Positions 22,514 to 31,799 of a stretch of 39,940 nucleotides of DNA are shown here, piece after piece. The stretch is from the IMG/VR virus record IMGVR_UViG_3300002307_000008, positions 1 through 39,940 of that record; one strand, 5' to 3'. Positions within the stretch are counted from its first letter, which is position 1, and every line of letters begins with the position of its first letter. The position numbers were made by a program, and so were the translations under genes. The notes under the pieces are model-generated. The model saw only the letters and a list, made by a program, of their open reading frames with translations, had not been told where the DNA came from and made no database searches. Origin of the DNA: a virus.

Positions 22514-22979
22514 CGACGAGCAGCCCCGGTTCCCAACTCACGCAGCACGCAATGTACTCTGTCTTGCCTTCGATGCCGACCTTTTCGTTGAACGCTTCGG
22601 ATGCGCTTGAGTCCACCGTTGCGGATTCGATTTCGCACCAATACGTGCCGTGATGCGTCCGAAAATAAGCCGCCAGCGCGTGGCCCTTGTCAGCGACCAC
22701 CATCTGCGATCCTGGGCTGCTTCCGATCGTGTGCTGCGACGTGATGTACCAAACTTGGAGCGGCATCCGGTACTGAAGGGTATCGATACCCATACTTTGC
22801 TCGGTCACGCGTGGGCCGAAGTCGATGACAACCGTTGGAAAGAGCGTGCCCGAGCCCTTGGCTTCGATAAGATTGCGCTTGAGAGCTTCGTAAGCTGTAA
22901 AAATGCTCGCGTCGGCGACGTCGGTATAAACCGCTTTGACTGCGGTGATAATCTCGCCAAAAAGGTCGCTGTAGCTCAT
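22500..22979 (-). CDS. Hypothetical head-tail joining protein (159 aa)
   Basis: Position only. Confidence 0.4.
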   Translation of the reverse strand: MSYSDLFGEIITAVKAVYTDVADASIFTAYEALKRNLIEAKGSGTLFPTVVIDFGPRVTEQSMGIDTLQYRMPLQVWYITSQHTIGSSPGSQMVVADKGHALAAYFRTHHGTYWCEIESATVDSSASEAFNEKVGIEGKTEYIACCVSWEPGLLVDGGV

Positions 22980-23082
22980 AATTCACCCATGCGAGGCGGA
23001 AAGATTGTCGACAACGTGACCGAGTGGCACTTCTGGCTTGCCGCGCTCGTGTGCCTGTCTGCGGGCCTTGGTTTTGTGCTCG

Positions 23083-23463
23083 CTAGATGATAAGCGGAGC
23101 GTCGCCGAGCGGGGTCACGTAAAACCGCTTGTAATTCAAAAGATTGCGAGTTTTAACTTCGCCGGCGACCTTGAACCAATCCGACCGACCATTTCGCGAG
23201 GTCAGGTAAACAATCCACTCGGCGTCGACCTGCGACGATAGCCCGCACATAACGTAGTCGGACTGCATGACGCCTTGGGACTTGAGCAGCGTCACGCCGC
23301 CCTGCGGATCGTCAAAGTTCGGCGTCTCGTGCCAATTGCAAGCCGTCGCGGACTCGATCAGTGTGTAAGTGATCGCCGCGCCGGCCGTTGTATGGTTCGG
23401 TTTGTAGAGGTCGAAAGAGTCAAGATAGAACTCACTGGCAATGTCGTCAGATTCAACGCTCAT
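23083..23463 (-). CDS. Hypothetical head-closure or adaptor protein (126 aa)
   Basis: Position only. Confidence 0.35.
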   Translation of the reverse strand: MSVESDDIASEFYLDSFDLYKPNHTTAGAAITYTLIESATACNWHETPNFDDPQGGVTLLKSQGVMQSDYVMCGLSSQVDAEWIVYLTSRNGRSDWFKVAGEVKTRNLLNYKRFYVTPLGDAPLII

Positions 23464-24119
23464 TAGAATCTCCGGTACAGCGCGATTGTCTTGCTGGCTG
23501 AGTTAGACCAGATCTCGCCGAGCTTCGCGACTTCGCCATAAGTGACCGACTGGTCGTCATCGCGCAATGTCGTCGGCCGAATCACGATGCTTTCGCGCGA
23601 GTCTTCCGCGATCTTTGAGCAAGCGAGAAGAAGGATTGCCCGCCATGCGTCATTCGGAATGGTCGTCGATGCGTTGCAATAGCCCCAAATGCCGGTGACA
23701 ACGATGCTTTGAGGTGGACCCCATTGAGGTACCACGAATTCGATTTGAGTTGGAGGGCTGCCGTCTGGCGTCGTCTTGAGCCAATAGTCAGTTCCGAGCG
23801 CGAGCAGGTTGCCGTTGCTTTCGCCATACACGCCGTTGTAGACCGACGTAAGCGAGATCAGCCCGTTCTTCAGTCCTAACTTTGTTTCTCCGCCGCGATT
23901 GATGCCCGTGATGTTTGGGCCAGGTGGATCAAATGGAACCGAGACCGCAGTTGCCGAGCTCTGGAAAAACGGCGACCACCCAGTGCGACGCGAAAACTCC
24001 GCGATCGCATCATTGACCACGTCCGCTGTGGGATAACTTCCGTTGAGCGTGATCGGCTTTTGGAGCGTCGACAGCAATGCCGTGACATCCGCAGCCGTGG
24101 GTAGCGCCGTTTTGCTCAT
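23463..24119 (-). CDS. Hypothetical head-tail connector protein (218 aa)
   Basis: Position only. Confidence 0.35.
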   Translation of the reverse strand: MSKTALPTAADVTALLSTLQKPITLNGSYPTADVVNDAIAEFSRRTGWSPFFQSSATAVSVPFDPPGPNITGINRGGETKLGLKNGLISLTSVYNGVYGESNGNLLALGTDYWLKTTPDGSPPTQIEFVVPQWGPPQSIVVTGIWGYCNASTTIPNDAWRAILLLACSKIAEDSRESIVIRPTTLRDDDQSVTYGEVAKLGEIWSNSASKTIALYRRF

Positions 24120-24121
24120 GG

Positions 24122-24358
24122 TTACTCAGCCTGTGGAGTGGTTTCCGCAGGCGGTTCTTCGGTCTTGGTCTTTGCGCCAGACTTTGGGGCTTTGGGGTCC
24201 GCCGGTGCTTCGGGTTCAGTCACTGGGACTTCTGCGGCCGGTGCTTCGGGTTCGGTGTCGAGGGCCTCAAGTTCGTCGTCGGTAAGCTGCTTGCGTAAGC
24301 CGTCGACAAGAACAACATGCTTACCGTTGTCTTTTCCGAGAATTTCGTAATTTGCCAT
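24122..24358 (-). CDS. Small Pro/Glu/Ala-rich protein (78 aa)
   Basis: ORF following the stem-loop. The tail is low-complexity (EPEAPAAEVPVTEPEAPADPKAPK). Confidence 0.4.
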   Translation of the reverse strand: MANYEILGKDNGKHVVLVDGLRKQLTDDELEALDTEPEAPAAEVPVTEPEAPADPKAPKSGAKTKTEEPPAETTPQAE

Positions 24359-24367
24359 AGGGTTTAG

Positions 24368-24392
24368 AAGGGGCTGCGAAATGCAACCCCTT
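24368..24392 (-). other. Stem-loop between the capsid-module genes (no T-run)
   Basis: AAGGGGCTGC-GAAAT-GCAACCCCTT pairs at 9 of 10 positions. It is located 14 nt after the stop at 24406. Confidence 0.45.
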
Positions 24393-24405
24393 GGTCATCG
24401 CGCGA

Positions 24406-24885
24406 TTAGGTCGCGCTAGGGATTGGGTTTGAGGTCTTCTGGTAACCAGCAGCCGCGCAACCGCTTTGCGAAACCGCCTGAGTCGTTGCGTTGTATTTGA
24501 TCGCGATCATCGAAGCGACGACGACGTTTGCCGTCGCGCGGATGATCTGCGCTCGAACGTATCGGCGCGGGGGCCGATAGATGTCAAGAACCAGCAAGGT
24601 GTCCGAATCGCCAGTGGTTGCGACCGCCTGAACCGTTGCGCCCGTAGCCGGATGCGTCAACGTGTCAATCGTGCCTGCGCCGTAAGTGGCGGAGGTGTCC
24701 GAGTTTTTCGCGGTGAGGGTAGCGACACCCGTCGATGTCACGGTGCCGATGTGGGTAACAAAACACACCGACGTGAAGCCGAGCATGTCGACTTCGGTCG
24801 CGGTGAGCGTGTCGCCAGTGCCTGCGGCTGTTGCGTTTAGGACCTTTTTGAAGTCGGCTGCTGTCGAGAGTTGGTGAGTAGTCAC
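24406..24885 (-). CDS. Possible head decoration or auxiliary capsid protein (159 aa)
   Basis: It lies immediately downstream of the major capsid gene with an AAGGAG RBS. The composition is Thr/Ala/Gly-rich. Confidence 0.3.
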   Translation of the reverse strand: MTTHQLSTAADFKKVLNATAAGTGDTLTATEVDMLGFTSVCFVTHIGTVTSTGVATLTAKNSDTSATYGAGTIDTLTHPATGATVQAVATTGDSDTLLVLDIYRPPRRYVRAQIIRATANVVVASMIAIKYNATTQAVSQSGCAAAGYQKTSNPIPSAT

Positions 24886-24904
24886 AGTTTCTTCGTTGTC
24901 TCCT

Positions 24905-26305
24905 TTACGCCTGCTTTCCTGCGTGCAGTGCGCGGTTTTGGACGACCTGGCCGCCTAGTCGGAACCGGAAGTACCAGCCGACCTTGTTGGCCTTGATCAT
25001 CGACTTGTCCTGGTCGCCGTATGGGATGACCGAAAGGCCGATGCGTCGTGCGACAACATACGCCGACTTGAGGTCGCCGAATGCAATCGGGTAGTTGTTC
25101 GTCGCGCAGTTCGGCATGAATGCGCTTAGAATCACGTTGAAACCAAAGAGCTGCGGAGTTCGTGGCGTGGCCATGCCTTCCGGTCCGTTGCTTCGCGCAA
25201 GGCCGAAGATGTACTGACCGGACGTGTCCTTGATCTGCGCGAGCGTCGAGAAACATGAAATCTGATTCATGATCGCAATCGTGCGCTCGGGGTCGCTCAT
25301 GTACTGAGGAGGCATCGCGTAGATGAAGCTCGTCAGCTTGTCCGCCGTGATCGGGTCGCCAAGGTTGGTTGACGGCGGGTACATGCCCGACGCGCCCGGG
25401 TTAAGCATGAAGCCAGTTGGCTGGCCTGCGCCCGTTCCGTTCACAACCACGTTCTCGATTCCAAGCTCGTATGCCTGGGCCGCAAGATCCTGGAGAATCA
25501 TGTTGACCGCATATGGGGAGTCTTCGAGCAGGTTCTTGTTGACCTCAAGGCCAAAGAGGCCCGTATAGATCGGAACTTCAACGTCTCCAAACACTGGATC
25601 AGTCGCGTCTACGGCTGGGCCTTGTTCGCCCGTCCACGAAATGCGAACGCCCGACGTATAGATGTCGCCGGTATCCGAATCGTAGTTGACCCGCGGAACA
25701 ATGAGCTTGTCACGGGTGCTCGGGATCGTGTTGACGTAGTTGAGAAGCCGCGTCGGTGCGGGCTTGCGCATGATGACCTGAGCGAGCCATTCCGGCGGGA
25801 CGAGGTAACCGCCGCCTTCATCGGAGCCTTCGGTCAGAACCGATCGGTAATCGTTTGAGTCGGCCTTGCCGCGCAGGTGGCGGCTGAACGCTGCGGAATA
25901 CGCCGGTTCAGAGATCGCCTTGAACTGCTTTTCGCTGATGCCCCAGCCTTCTGCGTCCATGCCGGTCGCGCGGCCGTTTCGGTCAAAACCGATAAGGTCA
26001 GTTCCCGCCCGTCCGTCAAACTGGATTGAGCTCGCAATCTGTTGCTTTTGCGCCGCGTCCATCGCGGCAAGCTCATTGCCTTCCGCCGTGGTGAACGACG
26101 CGAGCGAACGAATGCCGTTTGCGCCGTTCAGGAAATCGTTTGCCCCCGCCGCTTGTTCGGCGAGTTTGGTTGCGTGACCAATCGCAAGCTGCGCTTGCTT
26201 GATGTCGTCAGGAAGCGCCTCGACTCGAACTGGGTCGGTCGTCGTCTGCGCCTCAGTGATGAGACTCTGCAATTTGTCTTGCAGTGCTTTAAGATGTGGA
26301 TTCAT
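24905..26305 (-). CDS. Major capsid protein, HK97 family, with N-terminal coiled-coil (delta-like) region
   Basis: It has the GGYLVPPEW motif. Size and position after the prohead protease fit the family. Confidence 0.75.
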   Translation of the reverse strand: MNPHLKALQDKLQSLITEAQTTTDPVRVEALPDDIKQAQLAIGHATKLAEQAAGANDFLNGANGIRSLASFTTAEGNELAAMDAAQKQQIASSIQFDGRAGTDLIGFDRNGRATGMDAEGWGISEKQFKAISEPAYSAAFSRHLRGKADSNDYRSVLTEGSDEGGGYLVPPEWLAQVIMRKPAPTRLLNYVNTIPSTRDKLIVPRVNYDSDTGDIYTSGVRISWTGEQGPAVDATDPVFGDVEVPIYTGLFGLEVNKNLLEDSPYAVNMILQDLAAQAYELGIENVVVNGTGAGQPTGFMLNPGASGMYPPSTNLGDPITADKLTSFIYAMPPQYMSDPERTIAIMNQISCFSTLAQIKDTSGQYIFGLARSNGPEGMATPRTPQLFGFNVILSAFMPNCATNNYPIAFGDLKSAYVVARRIGLSVIPYGDQDKSMIKANKVGWYFRFRLGGQVVQNRALHAGKQA

Positions 26306-27480
26306 TTTTCTCCTGCGCCAGCAAGCGTGAGCGTCGCGCTGAGAATTGCCTGATTGAGCGCAGAGCGATCGGGTTTCGATGCTTCCGCGAGTTCAGAGAG
26401 TTCTCGGTCGACGTCCGCCAGTTGGCTTCGTGTGTCGTTAATCGCCTGAACCGCCGCCCAGCTAAGCGAGCGACCGTCTTTGGCCTTGAGCGCCTTCATG
26501 GAGGCGACTCGGTCCGTGAATCCGCGATTGGCTGCAAGCACCTCGGCGGAATGCTCAGCAAAGGTCAGGCCAGCAGGCGACCCGTCTTCACTGCAAATCG
26601 TTGTGTCGTGTTCAGCGCGGGCGGTATATCCCGATTCGACAATCTGCGCCGCCGCCTGGTCGAGCGTGCAGATGCTGTCAATCAATCGCTTGTCAAGTGC
26701 GTCCGCTGCGAGCCACACCTGACCGGTTGCGACCGACTTGACCGCTTTGGCTCCCATGCCACGCCCATTGCCAACCGCAGCAAGAAAATGCGAATTGAGA
26801 TCGTCGACGACACGCTGGAAATCGGCGCGTTGCTCGTCCGTGATGACGGAGCCAGGAACGCCCGCGCCCTTATGCGGCCCGGTCGAAAACACCAAGACTT
26901 CGACGCCTTCACTTTCCGCCGCCTTCGACTGATCGTACAGAACCATGTAGGTCCCGATCGAGCCGATAAGTGCCGTCGCGTTCGAGAAAATCTTTGTGCA
27001 CTGAGAAGCCACCCAGTACGCCGCGGAGCAGCACGAGTCTTCGACGTAGGCATACACCGGCTTCATGGCCGCGATGCGCTGCACGTCGGACGCAAGGTCA
27101 GCGGTGCCCGAAACGTTGCCGCCAGGCGAGTCGATGCGGATGACAATCGCCTTGACGTCCTTATCGCCAGCCGCCATGCGGAGTTGACGACGCAAGAGCG
27201 TAGTCGACGTGCCCGCACTCATGCTCGGCGCTCGCGACTTCGTCATTGGACCAGTGAGGCTCAAATATGCGATCTTGTCGCGAACTTCGTACTCGCGATC
27301 ATCGGAACGGGCCGCGTCGACAGTTACGACCGAAGACGCTTCGAAAGCCTGCACATGAGCAAGCGCCGGAGTCGCGCGAAAGATCGTCAGGTATTGCCGA
27401 GCCGCCGTTTCCTCGATTGCCCAGTGCGGGCCGTGAGGTACCAGCAGCGCGGTCATGTCCGCGTTTGGATGGATGTTCAT
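26302..27480 (-). CDS. S49 (SppA/ClpP-fold) prohead protease with C-terminal scaffold-like extension
   Basis: It has KAIVIRIDSPGGNVSG and SAAYWVASQC..IGSIG motifs. The helical C-terminal ~120 aa overlaps the capsid gene start (ATGA). Confidence 0.75.
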   Translation of the reverse strand: MNIHPNADMTALLVPHGPHWAIEETAARQYLTIFRATPALAHVQAFEASSVVTVDAARSDDREYEVRDKIAYLSLTGPMTKSRAPSMSAGTSTTLLRRQLRMAAGDKDVKAIVIRIDSPGGNVSGTADLASDVQRIAAMKPVYAYVEDSCCSAAYWVASQCTKIFSNATALIGSIGTYMVLYDQSKAAESEGVEVLVFSTGPHKGAGVPGSVITDEQRADFQRVVDDLNSHFLAAVGNGRGMGAKAVKSVATGQVWLAADALDKRLIDSICTLDQAAAQIVESGYTARAEHDTTICSEDGSPAGLTFAEHSAEVLAANRGFTDRVASMKALKAKDGRSLSWAAVQAINDTRSQLADVDRELSELAEASKPDRSALNQAILSATLTLAGAGEK

Positions 27481-27491
27481 GTTTGTGTCCG

Positions 27492-27785
27492 TTAGGCCAA
27501 AGGAGGCATTCCAGCCTCGGCGCGGTAAGCAGTAGCCATGCGCTGCGCTTTTCGCAGCCCGTCGATGACAAGGGTTTGAGCGGTAGGAAGTGGCGGCAAA
27601 GTTGCCTCAACACGCGCGGAAATCTGCTCGAGTCCGCTCGTGAAAACATTCAAAACAGCTTCGTCAGCCTTGAGCGACGCACCAGCGTCAACCGTGATCG
27701 GCCATTCGACTTCGCCGCACGAATGCTGAATCTTGATCAGGACGACCGCCATACCGTCCTCGGTGACCATTGGGCTAACCTGCAT
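27492..27785 (-). CDS. Hypothetical protein (97 aa)
   Basis: The internal ATG (27785) of track ORF 27492..27905 is used. The upstream part of that ORF overlaps the portal gene and is Arg-rich. Confidence 0.4.
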   Translation of the reverse strand: MQVSPMVTEDGMAVVLIKIQHSCGEVEWPITVDAGASLKADEAVLNVFTSGLEQISARVEATLPPLPTAQTLVIDGLRKAQRMATAYRAEAGMPPLA

Positions 27786-29055
27786 TCTTGTCCTCTGACC
27801 CCATCGTCTGCTTTTGGTTTCGAAGTGTGTCGCCGCCGTCGACCGGGTCAAGTCCGATCTGCGCACGCCCTTCGTTTGGCGTCTTGATCGGGCCGCCGGT
27901 TTCAAGCATCAGCTCGCAGATAAACCTGGCTTTCAGTGCCGGAATGTTTGCTTCGTCATACGTGATCGACTCGCCCGGTTCGCCCAGTTCTAGCACCAGG
28001 TCTTCCGTGAGTTGGCGGGCGCGGTTGCGAAGGAACGGAAGCACGAAGCGGTCAAACGTGATGTCGATCGCGCCTTCGATGCTTGCCCGGTTGTTCGAAT
28101 GCTCGAGGCCAGTGCCGAGGCCGATAACGACCGGCTGCACCCCAAAAACGGCGCACAGTCGCTGCTCGCTGAAATCGTGAACTTCCTTCAGAGCAAGCTG
28201 CGACGGGTCAAAGCCGAGCTTCATTACGTCGAGCGGAACGTTGAAGACAATCGGCCGTCCGACATTGCCGCCCGTGATCTGGCGTTCAACCTTCGATGCG
28301 ATCTGGTCAGTTTGCGCTTCAGTCAGCTCGACCTCGACGCCGTCAGGCCATTGCTTCGGAAAGATTGCCTGCGGCGATACCCCTGAGTTGTTGAGCAACG
28401 CGCTTTCCATGCGCGTGGCTTTCTTGTCCGCCACCAGCTCGGCAATGGCCGCGTCAATCGGGGACATGCCGACCTGCAAAAACTGCGGGTTCGGAGTCGC
28501 CCATCGGATGTGCAAAATGTCGTCCGGAGGAACTGCGTAATATCCGGTCCCCGTCGCAACCCTATACTCCGTGATCCAATCGCCGGACCCCGGCCGCGTC
28601 CATGGATAGCAAGTGCCCTCCGGAAGCAGCTCGAGCGCAATCAGTTTGCCGCCGCGCGACCTGTGCTTGTACGCGTAGCTGTTACCACGCGAGCCCTCCA
28701 TGAAGACCTGGCCAGTCTGCAAGAGCGAGCCGTCATACCAAGGCGTCGGCTGCGCGAGTAGCCCGGTTAGCGCGTGGTCCTGAACCTGCTCAGTCGAGCC
28801 ATCTTCCTTTTTTCGCGTGACGATCAGCGGAACTGAGACCGCGCATTCAGCCGCGAACGCAAGGATCGCGTAGACAATCGAGTTGTCCCACCGAACGCCG
28901 GCTTCTTTGTTGAAATCGAGACCGCTGGCTGCAAATCCACCGTACAGGCCCGCGCCTGACCATCCTCCGCCATAAGTCGAGCCGGTGAGCGATTGCACAT
29001 CGCTTTTTGGCTTGTACGACTTCCGTGCGGAGTTAAGGATTCGATTGATCGCCAT
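27775..29055 (-). CDS. Portal protein (HK97 family-like)
   Basis: 426-aa ORF between TerL and the protease. General resemblance to HK97-type portals. Confidence 0.7.
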   Translation of the reverse strand: MAINRILNSARKSYKPKSDVQSLTGSTYGGGWSGAGLYGGFAASGLDFNKEAGVRWDNSIVYAILAFAAECAVSVPLIVTRKKEDGSTEQVQDHALTGLLAQPTPWYDGSLLQTGQVFMEGSRGNSYAYKHRSRGGKLIALELLPEGTCYPWTRPGSGDWITEYRVATGTGYYAVPPDDILHIRWATPNPQFLQVGMSPIDAAIAELVADKKATRMESALLNNSGVSPQAIFPKQWPDGVEVELTEAQTDQIASKVERQITGGNVGRPIVFNVPLDVMKLGFDPSQLALKEVHDFSEQRLCAVFGVQPVVIGLGTGLEHSNNRASIEGAIDITFDRFVLPFLRNRARQLTEDLVLELGEPGESITYDEANIPALKARFICELMLETGGPIKTPNEGRAQIGLDPVDGGDTLRNQKQTMGSEDKNAG

Positions 29056-29173
29056 TAGTCAGATATCCAAGTAGCGCGCGCCACGCGACAAAGCAACCGA
29101 GCCCGATGAAAAAGCAAATGCCGAGAGCGCATCCCGCGCCGAGGATCGCTGTGAACGGTTGAATGAAGTACAT
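29033..29173 (-). CDS. Small hydrophobic ORF (46 aa) between terL and portal
   Basis: Translation is MYFIQPFTAILGAGCALGICFFIGLGCFVAWRALLGYLTNGDQSNP. The ATG overlaps the TerL stop (TGATG). Confidence 0.3.
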   Translation of the reverse strand: MYFIQPFTAILGAGCALGICFFIGLGCFVAWRALLGYLTNGDQSNP

Positions 29174-30603
29174 CAGGAAGCCTTTATGGTCACGGACCGC
29201 TTTGCGGAAATCTCGGTAAATCCGTCCGAAGCCGCGTCAACTTGGTCGTCGTGCTTACCGCCAGGAAATTGCCTCAATTCCTCAACGAAAGCCGAATTCC
29301 AGAGGCATCGAACGATGTAAACATTGCCCGCGTTAACCTGCGAGGCGAGTCCGTCTGCGCGAACCTCTTTTGAACCGCTCACTCGCTCTGTTACGACAGA
29401 GAATCCGGCCAGCATACGTGTGAGTCGCGACGCTTGGTCCTTGCCAGCTTGTCCTGGATCCTGCGGAATGTGGATTTTGACCGACCGACCATCAAGTTCA
29501 GCCGTAAGCTTCATCTGTCGATCGCGCTCATCGCTGTCCCACTGACCTCGAACGACGTCGAGGACGTAAAACCGATTTTCGCTGTCAACTCCAAACTTGA
29601 CTCCGGCGGTATAGTCGCCCGTCGACTCGCTCGCCGCAAGGTCCCATGCTCGGCAGCACCTCAGCCCGTCCGGTGCAGAATCTTCGAATTTCAGGCGATC
29701 GACTTTGAACTGTGATCCTTCGCGCGGAGTTGGATTGCCTTGGAAGACCGCCTCAAACTCATAGTCGCCCATCGCACGTCGCTGGGATTCCAGGAACTCG
29801 ATAGGCTTTGCTTCGGGCCAAAGCGCCTCGCCAGGATCGCGCTGCAGCGGATCATTTTTGCCGGCGATTGCTGGAAGGTTGATGAACGTCCAACCAGGCT
29901 CGCCCGATGCCTTGATGCGGCCAATGAGGTCATCTTCGTGCCACCGCGTGGCGATCAGAAAGACGCGTGTCTGCGGCCAGAAGCGCTGAACGATCGAGCC
30001 AGTCCACCAGCGCCAGATGTTCTCCCGCTCGACCGGGGAATCAGCTTGGGCTCGGTCCTTGATCGGGTCGTCGGTGATCAGTAGCCCGATCGGGTTGACG
30101 CCAGTCGGTGCCGAACCGACGCCTCTAGCCAGAATCTTCGCGCCGTTGCGCAGCTCCCATTGCTTTCGCGCCGTCGCGCGATCGCCGAGGACGCCGAGCT
30201 CACGGGCCAATTCTCTCGCCGGATCGCTAAGGTTTGCCTCCGCAAAGTCTTGAGAATAGCCGGTCAAAACGGTGATGTCGGCCGGGAATCGCTGACCCCA
30301 AAAGATCGGCAATCGTTGAGTAACGACGAACGTCTTTGCGTGACCAGGCGGGAGACTGATGGCAACCCTCTTGATCTCGCCATCGATGAGCCGTTGCGCA
30401 ACCTCGATTAAATAGCGAACGTGCTTCGGGACGCCGTAACCGGAGGGAAGCGTTCGCAGATACCACTCGAGGTAATCGTCCGGGCGCTCAAGCTGGACAG
30501 CCGCCGGCGATTCACGCGGGGCTAGCGATTCCGCTAACCTCAGGATCGCAGAGTCGAACAATGTCCTGTCGGATCGCTGCGAGTACGTCAGGGGCCGTGA
30601 CAT
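29173..30603 (-). CDS. terL: Terminase large subunit
   Basis: It has LPPGHAKT (Walker A-like), VFLIATRWHEDDLIGR and the C-terminal nuclease-like GGKHDDQVDAASDGF. Confidence 0.85.
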   Translation of the reverse strand: MSRPLTYSQRSDRTLFDSAILRLAESLAPRESPAAVQLERPDDYLEWYLRTLPSGYGVPKHVRYLIEVAQRLIDGEIKRVAISLPPGHAKTFVVTQRLPIFWGQRFPADITVLTGYSQDFAEANLSDPARELARELGVLGDRATARKQWELRNGAKILARGVGSAPTGVNPIGLLITDDPIKDRAQADSPVERENIWRWWTGSIVQRFWPQTRVFLIATRWHEDDLIGRIKASGEPGWTFINLPAIAGKNDPLQRDPGEALWPEAKPIEFLESQRRAMGDYEFEAVFQGNPTPREGSQFKVDRLKFEDSAPDGLRCCRAWDLAASESTGDYTAGVKFGVDSENRFYVLDVVRGQWDSDERDRQMKLTAELDGRSVKIHIPQDPGQAGKDQASRLTRMLAGFSVVTERVSGSKEVRADGLASQVNAGNVYIVRCLWNSAFVEELRQFPGGKHDDQVDAASDGFTEISAKRSVTIKAS

Positions 30604-31150
30604 GCCGATTGATGATTTCGCTCAGCTTCATGATCAGCATCGAAACCTGCTGAGCCGAAACGTACGCGTTCAGGGCCTCTTGCCTCCTGATCTCTGCGGT
30701 GGAAAGTTTCGCCTTCTCCTGGGCCAGCTTTCGGACCTCGGCCTCTGCTTCCGAGTTGTCTCGGAGCAAATCGAGTGCGTCGCCAACCTGCTGGAATGAC
30801 TGTTTGAACTGCGATGCGTCGCCCGACGTAATCGCCGCCGCCGCATCGTCAAAGTGGGCTTTGGCATCGGCTAACGCATCGGTCGATACCGACCCGCCAG
30901 TGCATGAAAGCTTGATCCAGAAAAGCGCTTCGACAACCTCGATCTGCTTGCGCAGCGAAACGAGATCCGGATCCTGCGAAGCCAGCTCAATAATGCCTTG
31001 GAGTCGCTCGGGAACGTACTTCGAATACCGCCCAGTTTTGATCGGCGCGCCCGGCGACTTTCCGCCGTGCATCCGACACTTTCTAGACCCAGTGACAGCG
31101 TTGTTATTGCACCGCAGCCCCGTCCGTTTGGACTTCGCGTTGCACTTCAT
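30512..31150 (-). CDS. Terminase small subunit candidate (HGG-motif N-terminus)
   Basis: KRTGLRCNNNAVTGSRKCRMHGGKSPGAP is followed by a coiled coil. The gene is directly upstream of terL (92-nt overlap). AGGAGC RBS. Confidence 0.45.
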   Translation of the reverse strand: MKCNAKSKRTGLRCNNNAVTGSRKCRMHGGKSPGAPIKTGRYSKYVPERLQGIIELASQDPDLVSLRKQIEVVEALFWIKLSCTGGSVSTDALADAKAHFDDAAAAITSGDASQFKQSFQQVGDALDLLRDNSEAEAEVRKLAQEKAKLSTAEIRRQEALNAYVSAQQVSMLIMKLSEIINRHVTAPDVLAAIRQDIVRLCDPEVSGIASPA

Positions 31151-31167
31151 AAGCTCCTAAAAAGTGG

Positions 31168-31202
31168 CTTGCATGGGGTTACCAGTCTTGCAAGGGGTTA
31201 TC
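31168..31202. repeat. Two 16-nt direct repeats, CTTGCATGGGGTTACC and CTTGCAAGGGGTTATC (19-nt period), just upstream of the terS candidate
   Basis: Read directly; 14 of 16 positions identical. Confidence 0.8.
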
Positions 31203-31329
31203 GCCTCCGACGAAACTCGTATTCCGCCGCTCGGACCGCGAAACCTTCACGCATCGCCCGCAGCTCAGCCTGTTTTCTGCGACGCGCTGCGCGGATCTTG
31301 CGAGTCGTGTTCAGGTGGATCTTCGCCAT
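31198..31329 (-). CDS. Possible small basic protein (43 aa)
   Basis: Translation is MAKIHLNTTRKIRAARRRKQAELRAMREGFAVRAAEYEFRRRR. No clear RBS, so it may be non-coding. Confidence 0.25.
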   Translation of the reverse strand: MAKIHLNTTRKIRAARRRKQAELRAMREGFAVRAAEYEFRRRR

Positions 31330-31439
31330 CGCAAAAAGGGCCCGCCGGGAATGCGACGGGATTGGTGTCTCAGCCAGATGCAAGACGTTCAGGAGGCCGC
31401 CCGCGCGGAACGAACGGCCTGACCGGAATCAGGACAGAA

Positions 31440-31799
31440 TCAGAAGCGAAACGACACGCCGCCGTAGGCGAGAACGTGCGGCTCGGCGCCACTGAAGAAG
31501 CCGAAACCGAGCCCACCCGTTAGTGCGAGCTTCGTACCCGGCAGCCAGGTCAGCGACACTCCCGATCCAGCCGTGAGACCGTTCGGACCGCTTGCCGATG
31601 ATGCGTTTGCGGTTGCGCCAGCGAATGCGTCGTAACCGACTGTGAACTCCTTTGAGAGTGCAGCCGACTTGATCGAATTCGCGACGAGCGCGACCGGCTG
31701 TTTCGACTTGAAGTCCCACGCGCCATGGATCGACCACTGGGCGGGCGCAACAGCGATACACGCAGCGACGGCGAGGATGAGCAGGCCGAGTCGTTTCAC
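31440..31799 (-). CDS. Signal-peptide/lipobox protein with an outer-membrane beta-strand signature (119 aa)
   Basis: The N-terminus is MKRLGLLILAVAAC (a VAAC lipobox-like sequence). The strands are Gly-rich and amphipathic, and the C-terminus is GGVSFRF, ending in an aromatic residue. GTG start overlaps the upstream stop. Confidence 0.5.
   Translation of the reverse strand: MKRLGLLILAVAACIAVAPAQWSIHGAWDFKSKQPVALVANSIKSAALSKEFTVGYDAFAGATANASSASGPNGLTAGSGVSLTWLPGTKLALTGGLGFGFFSGAEPHVLAYGGVSFRF

Noticed and set aside
22989-23090. 33-codon plus-strand ORF (MRGGKIVDNVTEWHFWLAALVCLSAGLGFVLAR) in the 103-bp gap between two minus-strand connector genes, considered as a type I toxin-like peptide
   Set aside because: It has no RBS or promoter-like sequence and is the tail of a long antisense shadow ORF (22650..23090). 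It is worth a look only if antisense transcription is observed.
26296-27495. 399-aa plus-strand ORF
   Set aside because: It is antisense to the S49 protease gene, which has clear family motifs. Its composition is Arg-rich and typical of a shadow ORF in GC-rich DNA.
30512-30603. 92-nt overlap of the terS candidate and terL, considered as a possible frameshift or mis-assembly
   Set aside because: Both reading frames look protein-like through the overlap and no alternative downstream start exists for terL. It is treated as a genuine overlap, though the true terL start is unverified.
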